Shown one piece after another: positions 1 to 6,198 of a DNA stretch of 19,246 nucleotides (the stretch's first letter is position 1; each line of letters starts with the position of its first letter). Source of the DNA: Candidatus Iainarchaeum sp. (GTDB taxonomy: Archaea; Iainarchaeota; Iainarchaeia; Iainarchaeales; CSSED10-239); the NCBI GenBank assembly GCA_003559395.1, contig PWLL01000094.1, forward strand, positions 1 to 19,246. The letters run 5' to 3'. The notes beneath the pieces are model-generated. The model made no database searches, was not told the DNA's origin, and was given only the letters and a program-made list of their open reading frames with translations. The position numbers were made by a program, and so were the translations under genes.

Positions 1-1
1 A

Positions 2-1843
2 TATAGAATCTATTATTCAATAGATGTTGATAATGTTTCTTCAAGTTCAGAATATTTTGTAACATCCAACAACTATTATGTTTATTCTCCAAACAAAGAT
101 CAAAGAGTTTTTTTAAAAATCTCTGCAATTGATCGTGCAGGCAACGAATCAACTTTAACTGATACTGTTTCAGGAGATACACAAAGATATGGGCCAGAAT
201 TTACTTTATCTATTTCTCCTTCAAACAAAATAGATGATGTTTTTTATGTTGGAGGACACCAACTATCAATAAATATAACATCTGATGAAGTGTTAAAAAA
301 CAAACCATCAGTAAGTCTAAAAATAAACTCTGGAACATACCAAACCATGTCTGTAACAGGTTCAGGAGATAGTTTTTCAACAAAACATACTTTTGCAGAA
401 GATTGTAATGCAGAAATAAGAATTATTGGAACCAATCAACAAAGTGAAACTGCACAAGATTACTTTGAACTAAAAGTAAAAGTTGCAAAACCTTCTTTTG
501 ATATTAACTATACAGTCTCAGAAGAAGGTCTGTTTAGTTTTGAGATAGATAATGTTTCAGAAGATGTTTATAGAGTTCAGTATGTTCTGTTAACAGAAGG
601 TCAAATATGTGTTAAAGAAATAGACTATTTTAAAGAAATTACAGAAAATGTTTTTGATTGTGATTTTGATTCTTTAACAGTTGATGATGGCGTCTATGAG
701 TTAGATATTATTGCATATGATGTTTATAATAATAACAAAACAAAAACAATTGAAATAGAAATAGACAACATTGATGAAGATAAACAAACAAGTCAAGAAC
801 TAAAAGAAAAACTATCATCCGAAATTCAAACACTAGATGGATGGTTAAAGATGCTTCAACATTTTATAAATGATTTTGATCAAACACATCTAGAAAATCT
901 AGATGCTGCAAAAAGCAAAATCCTGGACGCTAGTTTTAAATATGAAGAACAAGATTTTGTTTCTTCAAGAGAACTATACACACAAGCAAACATTTTAGTA
1001 AACGAGATAAAAGAACAAATTCCAGAAAAAAAAGAAGTCAGAAGTACTACACACGAAAAAACGTTTAATGAAGATCATGTTGATTTAATAACTAAGTTTA
1101 CTATAAACCCAGAAGTTGTTGAAGAAACAACAAAACTATATGAATCAAAAAATATTTCCTTTCAAAGAGTTTTTGAAATTATTGAAGTAAATCAAAGAAA
1201 ATTTTTTATTGTTTCTTTAACTTTAAAAAACACATCTTCTGAAGAAGAAATAATTACATTAGTAGAAAACATTCCTTCTTCTTTTACAAACCATGCACGA
1301 AATCTGGTCTTTAATAGAGAAGTAGAAATCTTGTCTGCAAACCCGTTAATAAAAGACGTTATGATCCTTCCTCCAAATTCAGAAATAACTTTAACATACA
1401 GTCTTAAAGAACCTGTAACAGAAGTAGATGTTATAACTAAATATAATTTGGTAGAAAATGATTTTATAGACCCAATAGTTCTAAGCGGACACGTTCTAAA
1501 AGACGATATTGTTTATGACGTGCCTGTAAACACACAACTTTTGTTGTTTATTTTTTTAATTATGGTTATAGTGATCGTAATCTTAATTGCAGTAGGTATG
1601 ATAAGTCATTCAAAGAAAATGAAAAAAGAAACATTATTAAAACCATCTTCAAAAGAAGTAATGAGTAATTATTTTTCCTCATCTGGAAAAAAAGAAGATT
1701 CTAAAGAGAAAGAAGCAAAACAAAAAGATGAAAAATCAGACAAAAATACTTCAGAAAACCCAGAAAAAAAAGAAAACGAAGAAAAAAAGAAGTTTGATGA
1801 TGATTATTCATATATTATGAGTGCTATGAAGAAAAAAGATTAA
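2..1843 (+). CDS. Surface protein, 5'-truncated by the window edge. It has Ig-like/beta-sandwich repeats, a coiled-coil region, one C-terminal TM helix and a K/E-rich cytoplasmic tail.
   Basis: I translated the frame by hand from position 2 and found no stop before the GTG at 290 used by the ORF track, so the gene starts upstream of the window. The strand-end motif is repeated: 'ISAIDRAGNEST' (nt 119-151) and 'DIIAYDVYNNNKT', matching the D-x-AGN-x-S signature common at the end of bacterial/archaeal Ig-like adhesin repeats. The TM helix is 'LLLFIFLIMVIVIVILIAVGMI', followed by an approximately 80-aa Lys/Glu/Asp-rich tail. Confidence 0.8.
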   Translation, partial: YRIYYSIDVDNVSSSSEYFVTSNNYYVYSPNKDQRVFLKISAIDRAGNESTLTDTVSGDTQRYGPEFTLSISPSNKIDDVFYVGGHQLSINITSDEVLKNKPSVSLKINSGTYQTMSVTGSGDSFSTKHTFAEDCNAEIRIIGTNQQSETAQDYFELKVKVAKPSFDINYTVSEEGLFSFEIDNVSEDVYRVQYVLLTEGQICVKEIDYFKEITENVFDCDFDSLTVDDGVYELDIIAYDVYNNNKTKTIEIEIDNIDEDKQTSQELKEKLSSEIQTLDGWLKMLQHFINDFDQTHLENLDAAKSKILDASFKYEEQDFVSSRELYTQANILVNEIKEQIPEKKEVRSTTHEKTFNEDHVDLITKFTINPEVVEETTKLYESKNISFQRVFEIIEVNQRKFFIVSLTLKNTSSEEEIITLVENIPSSFTNHARNLVFNREVEILSANPLIKDVMILPPNSEITLTYSLKEPVTEVDVITKYNLVENDFIDPIVLSGHVLKDDIVYDVPVNTQLLLFIFLIMVIVIVILIAVGMISHSKKMKKETLLKPSSKEVMSNYFSSSGKKEDSKEKEAKQKDEKSDKNTSENPEKKENEEKKKFDDDYSYIMSAMKKKD

Positions 1844-1848
1844 AAAAG

Positions 1849-2892
1849 ATGATGATGATAGAAGGTATAGAAAAAAGAATCGTGCTATATGGAACATCAA
1901 TATCATCATTATATCTTGCCTATCTTCTTAAAATAAAAAACCCAGAAACACACGTCACAATCATCTCTAAAGAACAAAATCAACAATACTTTTTATCATC
2001 TTTAGACGCTTTAAAAAACACAAATCTTTTATCTTTAATTGACTACAAATCAATTTTAGAAAACAAATATACAAACTTAAAAATAATAACTAAAAACCAA
2101 AAACAACTAAACCTAAGCACAAACACAATGTTGTTTGATTATCAAAAACTAAGAAAATATTTTTTAAGTTCTTGTATTTCACAAAACGTAGAGTTTATAG
2201 ATGATTTTGAACTAATCTCAGTAAACAATAAAATTATTATTAAAAAAGAAAAAGAACAAAAAGAACTCTCTTATTTTTACTTAATATTTACAGAAGATAT
2301 TAAAGATGTTTTTTCAGAAAATTTTTCTTTTAAAACAATAGATTATCTTTCTTTAATAGTAGATACAAAAACCAAAAATAATCAATTTAAGATTACTTTG
2401 TTAGATACAAGAAACAAAACAACAATGTTTGAACAACCAATAAACGAATATACCACCAAAATAATCATACATTCAAAACAAAAAGACTTAGAAAAAATAT
2501 TTGAAGAAGCCTATAAAGAAAAAGAATATAAAATTATTTCAAAACAAAGAATAACTAAACAAATAGTTGATGATTCTATAAAACTTAAAAACAACATTCT
2601 TTTTTTAGGCACTTCTGCAAACATAATAAACCATAATAATGTTGATGATATTTATCTATCTTTAGTAAATGCAGAACTTGTAGAAAAACAAATTACAGAA
2701 AAAATAAAACACAAAAAAGATATCAAAAACTACGAAAAAGAAATCTCTTTTTTGTTAAAAGAAACAGAAGTTTCAGAAAAAATAAACAACTTCCTTTTTT
2801 CAAAAACAATTCCACAAATAGATGACCTTTTTACAAAACTAGAAAATGCAAATCTTTTTGAAAATATAAATCTTTCATCACCAAGAAAATAA
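1849..2892 (+). CDS. Divergent FAD-dependent oxidoreductase-fold protein (geranylgeranyl reductase / UbiH-like) with degenerate cofactor motifs
   Basis: The N-terminus 'KRIVLYGTSISSLYLAYLL...HVTIISKE' has the beta-alpha-beta Rossmann layout, but GxGxxG is replaced by G-T-S-I-S-S. The segment 'ILFLGTSANIINHNNVDDIYLSLVNAELVEKQI' aligns with the 'L-x-G-D-A-A-x-x-x-x-P-x-x-G-x-G-I' motif of geranylgeranyl reductases, with D->T and the P/G residues lost. It starts 5 nt after the upstream gene, consistent with an operon. The family assignment comes from motif memory only. Confidence 0.6.
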   Translation: MMMIEGIEKRIVLYGTSISSLYLAYLLKIKNPETHVTIISKEQNQQYFLSSLDALKNTNLLSLIDYKSILENKYTNLKIITKNQKQLNLSTNTMLFDYQKLRKYFLSSCISQNVEFIDDFELISVNNKIIIKKEKEQKELSYFYLIFTEDIKDVFSENFSFKTIDYLSLIVDTKTKNNQFKITLLDTRNKTTMFEQPINEYTTKIIIHSKQKDLEKIFEEAYKEKEYKIISKQRITKQIVDDSIKLKNNILFLGTSANIINHNNVDDIYLSLVNAELVEKQITEKIKHKKDIKNYEKEISFLLKETEVSEKINNFLFSKTIPQIDDLFTKLENANLFENINLSSPRK

Positions 2893-2943
2893 ATACAAAA
2901 ACTAAAAATAAAACCAAAAGCCTGGCTTCTTTTAAAAGATCTT

Positions 2944-3417
2944 TTATTTTGATGACAACCATTTTGGAGGCTTTCTTTTTTTCCAAGAAAACAAGTGTTT
3001 TTTCTCACAAAGATAGTAGTTTCTATAAGCTTGAACAATGTTTTTTTGTTTGTATGTTTCAGGCATAGCAAGCACAAAATATTTTTTCTTAGATTTAAGA
3101 GATTTTGGAACATTTTTAAGATAAATCAATATTTGTTCTGTCTTATGATCTTTCATATATCTATAATGATATTCTTTTAATAAAGCTAAAAGATGTTTAT
3201 ATAACCAAACATAATTTCCTTTAGAATCGTTTGCCCAAACAACACAAGGATGTTTAAGATGTGTTGGTAAATATACTTTTTCTTTATAAACCGTCTCCTG
3301 TAACCAATGAACAGAAGATAAAATCTGTGCGCTTTCTAGAATCATCTTTACAAGATGTTTGTTACATAGCATTTTTGCTGCTTTTTTTGGACTTTTATCT
3401 AAAACAAAAACCTGCAT
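2944..3417 (-). CDS. Conserved hypothetical protein of the 'CDKH-xx-KM...ESAQ-x-LS' / 'H-x-x-HPC-xx-W' motif family
   Basis: The 157-aa ORF carries 'FVLDKSPKKAAKMLCNKHLVKMILESAQILSS' and 'HLKHPCVVWANDSKGNYVWLYKHLLALLKEYHYRY'. I recognise this motif pair from a widespread uncharacterised family seen mostly in phage, large-virus and bacterial genomes. I cannot name a verified function. The overlapping ORFs 2730..3113(-) and 2995..3180(+) are low-complexity shadows. Confidence 0.75.
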   Translation of the reverse strand: MQVFVLDKSPKKAAKMLCNKHLVKMILESAQILSSVHWLQETVYKEKVYLPTHLKHPCVVWANDSKGNYVWLYKHLLALLKEYHYRYMKDHKTEQILIYLKNVPKSLKSKKKYFVLAMPETYKQKNIVQAYRNYYLCEKKHLFSWKKRKPPKWLSSK

Positions 3418-3442
3418 AAAAAATCTTTTTAAAAAATAGAAA

Positions 3443-3515
3443 TAGTCCGAAGGAGATTCGAACTCCTGTCACAAGGTTCAAAGCCTTGTATGCTTGGCCT
3501 CTACACTATCGGACT
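3443..3515 (-). tRNA. tRNA-Gln (anticodon UUG), 73 nt, no intron, CCA not encoded
   Basis: The reverse complement folds by hand into a cloverleaf: acceptor AGTCCGA/TCGGACT, discriminator A, D stem GTGT/GCAT, anticodon stem CAAGG/CCTTG, loop CTTTGAA, T stem AGGAG/CTCCT, T loop TTCGAAT. The A1:U72 pair is typical of archaeal tRNA-Gln. Confidence 0.9.
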
Positions 3516-3540
3516 ATAAAATTAGGTATACTAATAAACA

Positions 3541-3548
3541 ATATATAG
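3541..3548 (-). promoter_or_regulatory. Putative TATA box for tRNA-Gln
   Basis: 'ATATATAG' on the plus strand (CTATATAT on the minus strand) lies about 26-33 nt upstream of the mature tRNA 5' end. In DNA this AT-rich, a chance match is quite possible. Confidence 0.3.
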
Positions 3549-3655
3549 TTTAATTAATTTTAAAAAGAGATGTGATTAGGAAAAAACCTATAAAAAAACA
3601 GAAGGCTTTTTATATGTTTTTGTGGGTATAATATTTTATATAAGAACAATCTATT

Positions 3656-3731
3656 GGGAGTGTAGCTTAGCCTGGCTTAGAGCACTCGACTGATAATCGA
3701 GAGGCCGCAGGTTCGAATCCTGCCACTCCCA
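3656..3731 (+). tRNA. tRNA-Ile (anticodon GAU), 76 nt
   Basis: Hand-folded cloverleaf: acceptor GGGAGTG/CACTCCC, discriminator A, D stem GCTT/GAGC, anticodon stem CTCGA/TCGAG, loop CTGATAA, variable AGGCC, T stem GCAGG/CCTGC, T loop TTCGAAT. Confidence 0.9.
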
Positions 3732-3736
3732 TACAA

Positions 3737-4204
3737 CTATTTTGCTTTTTTATTAGTAAATGCTATATTAGGGGTCAATTGGTCTTCATATAAACAAGTA
3801 CCAACAATTTTGTTATCATATATACAAACTATGTAGCCTTTAGACAATATGTTTCTATTAACAACCTGTTCTAAAGAAAATGGTTTTCCTTTAAGAAAAT
3901 CAACAACTAAATCTCTGTTAAGAACAACAAAATTATATTTTATCTCCTTTGCACAAAAAGCACTAAAGCCAAGAGAACTAGGTACAAAATGTTTTTTATC
4001 AGCAAAGATTTCTATACCTGCATTAAAAACAGCTTTATTAAGTATTTTTTTAATCACTTCTTCTTTATCTTTAGAAATAACAAAAACAGACTTATGTTTA
4101 AACAAAAACAAAAACTGATCTAGATATTCTTTAGAAAACCCATATCTAGAAACTAGGTGGTTTATTATTTTTTTATTTTCTAAAAACTTAAACATAAACA
4201 TCAT
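3737..4204 (-). CDS. PUA-like RNA-binding domain protein resembling the detached C-terminal domain of RsmF/YebU-type m5C methyltransferases
   Basis: The 155-aa ORF has a start ATG that overlaps the stop of the upstream methyltransferase ORF (ATGA, 4-nt overlap at 4201-4204). The C-terminal 'KGYIVCIYDNKIVGTCLYEDQLTPNI' resembles the 'G-W-x-L-V-x-x-x-G-x-P-L-G-x-G-K...L-K-N' strand pair of the RsmF C-terminal PUA-like domains. Combined length is 303+155 aa, close to the approximately 480-aa single-chain RsmF. Confidence 0.6.
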   Translation of the reverse strand: MMFMFKFLENKKIINHLVSRYGFSKEYLDQFLFLFKHKSVFVISKDKEEVIKKILNKAVFNAGIEIFADKKHFVPSSLGFSAFCAKEIKYNFVVLNRDLVVDFLKGKPFSLEQVVNRNILSKGYIVCIYDNKIVGTCLYEDQLTPNIAFTNKKAK

Positions 4205-5112
4205 TTTTTTCTAAGCTTACAAACAAAAAAACATTCCAGATTAGTTTTGTGTGGATATATTCTTATTGCTTTTTTAAGAGAAGCATCATATTTTTTATTG
4301 TTATAGCTAGTAAGTCCAGAAGAAACATTTAGCCTAACATCTATATCTTCAACAACAGCAGAATCATTTTTAAGAAGAAAATCAATAACCTCTTCATTTT
4401 CTTCAGGAGACAAAGTACATGTAGAATAAACAAGCACTCCATTTGGCTTTAAAAGATCAAATCCTTTTTTAATTAACTTTTTTTGAAGAATGGCTTTTTT
4501 TAACACAATCTTTTGAGACCATGTATGAATACCTTTGTTTTTTTTAAGAAAAAATCCTTCAGAACTACAAGGTGCATCCAATAAAACTTTATCAAACAAG
4601 AAATCAAAGTTTAATTTTAAAGCATCATTACATGTAACCACTGTGTTATAGACTCCATTTTTTTTAAGAGTATAAATCAGTTTTTTAGATCTATTTGCAT
4701 CAATATCATTAGCAACAATAAGACCTTGATTTTTCATAATCTCAGAAATAAAAGAAGTTTTATTTCCAGGAGCCGCAGACATATCTAGAATAATATCTTC
4801 TTTCTTAGGATCAAGCACATGCACAGGAAGCATAGAAGAAAGTTCTTGCATTTGAAAAAAACCAAGCAATTGTTCAGCACAATTGCCTAGACCAACAACA
4901 TTTGAGGTTATTTTGTAGCAATTATCTAAAAATATTACTTTTTCATAATTCATATCTTTAAAACATTCTATTTCTTTTATATCTTTTATTTTTAAAGTGT
5001 TTATTCTTATTGCCTTATAAGGCGTTTTACAATGATTAATAAACAAATCAACATCCTTTCCTAAAAAAGAACTATATTTTTCAAAAAGTTTTTGAGGAAG
5101 CTCAATAGTCAT
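4201..5112 (-). CDS. RNA (cytosine-C5)-methyltransferase, NOL1/NOP2/Sun (RsmB/RsmF/Trm4) family, catalytic domain only
   Basis: The SAM-binding motif is 'ILDMSAAPGNKTSF'. The two catalytic-cysteine motifs are 'LLDAPCSSEG' (motif IV, PC) and 'LVYSTCTLSPEENEEVI' (motif VI, TC). Confidence 0.9.
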   Translation of the reverse strand: MTIELPQKLFEKYSSFLGKDVDLFINHCKTPYKAIRINTLKIKDIKEIECFKDMNYEKVIFLDNCYKITSNVVGLGNCAEQLLGFFQMQELSSMLPVHVLDPKKEDIILDMSAAPGNKTSFISEIMKNQGLIVANDIDANRSKKLIYTLKKNGVYNTVVTCNDALKLNFDFLFDKVLLDAPCSSEGFFLKKNKGIHTWSQKIVLKKAILQKKLIKKGFDLLKPNGVLVYSTCTLSPEENEEVIDFLLKNDSAVVEDIDVRLNVSSGLTSYNNKKYDASLKKAIRIYPHKTNLECFFVCKLRKK

Positions 5113-5216
5113 GTTTTTTCATAATTTTTAATAAAGGAAACCAATATAAATATTAGGTAACCTATATTATTTATATATATCTTATTTTAAAATAAAAAAG
5201 AATAAACGTGATAAAT

Positions 5217-5360
5217 ATGGTAAAAAAACAAAAGAAAACCGCAACAGAAATAGACCCTTTAGAATATAATCTTACAGACTACGACTATGACGGGCCTATA
5301 AAAGAAAGCAAATTTGATGAAGAAAAAGAAGATAACTACGAAATTGATTTTGATGCAGTA
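5217..5360 (+). CDS. Possible small acidic protein (47 aa as written)
   Basis: An ATG at 5217 follows a TATA-rich stretch. The product is 'MVKKQKKTATEIDPLEYNLTDYDYDGPIKESKFDEEKEDNYELILMQ'. It is below the ORF-track size cut-off, I recognise no homolog, and it may be frameshifted (see findings). Confidence 0.25.
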
Positions 5361-5505
5361 GAAAGCGATGAAGATTAGTTTTTTCTCTTTTTTTCTCTAT
5401 TTTTTTAATATAAATATATATTTAAACAAAACTGTACCTATATATATTATAGAACTAACAATAATAAATTCTTAAAAAATGTTTTTAATTTTTAAAAATA
5501 AAAAA

Positions 5506-5510
5506 GGGGT
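5506..5510 (+). promoter_or_regulatory. Possible Shine-Dalgarno-like element for the histone-fold gene
   Basis: 'GGGGT' lies 8 nt upstream of the ATG at 5519 and is partly complementary to the archaeal 16S 3' end (SD consensus GGAGGTGA). Confidence 0.35.
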
Positions 5511-5518
5511 TGTACGAT

Positions 5519-5968
5519 ATGAATAATATAGAAGAAAAAGAAAACTTTCAAGAAAAAGAAGATATAGAAAAAGAAATAAACGATAGTGTTGAAGAAATGA
5601 CTCAACAAGAAAAAGAAGAATTACAAGAAGAAGAAGATGAAGATTTAGAAGACGAAAAACTTCCTTTTCCAAACGCAACTGTTGTTAGACTTATGAGACA
5701 AAGTTTAGATAAAAACAAACAAATAAAAGGCGTTGTAAAAAAAGAAATGAACCTTTGGTTAGGAAGACTTATAGAAACTGTTTGTAAAAAAATGAATGCT
5801 TTTGACTATAGTTATGTTGACTATGGAATGTTTAAACAAGCAATTGAAACTTTTGAAAATATACAAACAATAGAAATAGAAAAAATGAGACTTATAAAAA
5901 ATATGGAAAAAATAAAAGCAGACTGTGATGCTTTGATAGACGACGTAGAAAGAAAATTTCATGAGTGA
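5519..5968 (+). CDS. Histone-fold protein with an acidic N-terminal tail and a C-terminal coiled-coil extension
   Basis: The core 'LPFPNATVVRLMRQSLDKNKQIKGVVKKEMNLWLGRLIETVCKKMNAFDYSYVDYGMFKQAIETF' matches the helix-loop-long helix-loop-helix pattern of HMf/NF-Y-type histone folds ('LPIAPIGRIIK...'). About 45 N-terminal residues are Glu/Asp-rich. The ORF track starts at a TTG at 5510; I prefer the ATG at 5519 because of the upstream GGGGT. Confidence 0.6.
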   Translation: MNNIEEKENFQEKEDIEKEINDSVEEMTQQEKEELQEEEDEDLEDEKLPFPNATVVRLMRQSLDKNKQIKGVVKKEMNLWLGRLIETVCKKMNAFDYSYVDYGMFKQAIETFENIQTIEIEKMRLIKNMEKIKADCDALIDDVERKFHE

Positions 5969-5973
5969 TAAAA

Positions 5974-6195
5974 ATGGTAGTAAATAATTTTTCTCCAGAA
6001 AAGTACGTAAATAGATTAAACAAACAAATGGAAAAATATACAAATAGAAAATATCTTTTAAAACATGTAAAAGTTGAAGATAATCTCTTTGATCCAACAA
6101 AAGATATTTGTAATTATAATGATTTGTTAATGAGTAATCCGTTAAAAAGAGATACAGACAAAAAATTTATGATAAAAGAAAAAAAAGAGGTGTAA
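5974..6195 (+). CDS. Small basic hypothetical protein (73 aa)
   Basis: The frame overlaps the histone-fold gene stop (GTG at 5965 overlaps TGA 5966-5968; first ATG at 5974) and ends 3 nt before the thermosome ATG. Tight packing in an apparent operon is the only support. I recognise no motif. Confidence 0.45.
   Translation: MVVNNFSPEKYVNRLNKQMEKYTNRKYLLKHVKVEDNLFDPTKDICNYNDLLMSNPLKRDTDKKFMIKEKKEV
6187..6192 (+). promoter_or_regulatory. Shine-Dalgarno element of the thermosome gene
   Basis: 'GAGGTG' lies 6 nt upstream of the ATG at 6199 and matches the archaeal SD consensus GGAGGTGA. Confidence 0.6.
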
Positions 6196-6198
6196 TAT

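Noticed and set aside
2730-3180. ORFs 2730..3113(-) and 2995..3180(+), which overlap the 3' end of 1849..2892 and the 2944..3417(-) gene
   Set aside because: They overlap better-supported genes, their translations are Phe/Lys/Ile-rich as expected from AT-rich DNA read out of frame, and they carry no motifs.
3418-3736. Possible integrated mobile element targeting tRNA-Gln or tRNA-Ile, suggested by a virus-associated family gene adjacent to two tRNAs
   Set aside because: There is no integrase or recombinase and no direct repeat of a tRNA 3' segment elsewhere in the window. The neighbouring genes (m5C methyltransferase, thermosome) are housekeeping genes.
3849-6100. Shadow or alternative-frame ORFs 3849..4118(+), 5472..5678(-) and 5759..6100(-)
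   Set aside because: Each lies antisense to or overlapping a CDS with recognisable motifs (PUA-like ORF, histone-fold ORF). Their composition is dominated by Leu/Phe/Tyr from AT-rich codons.
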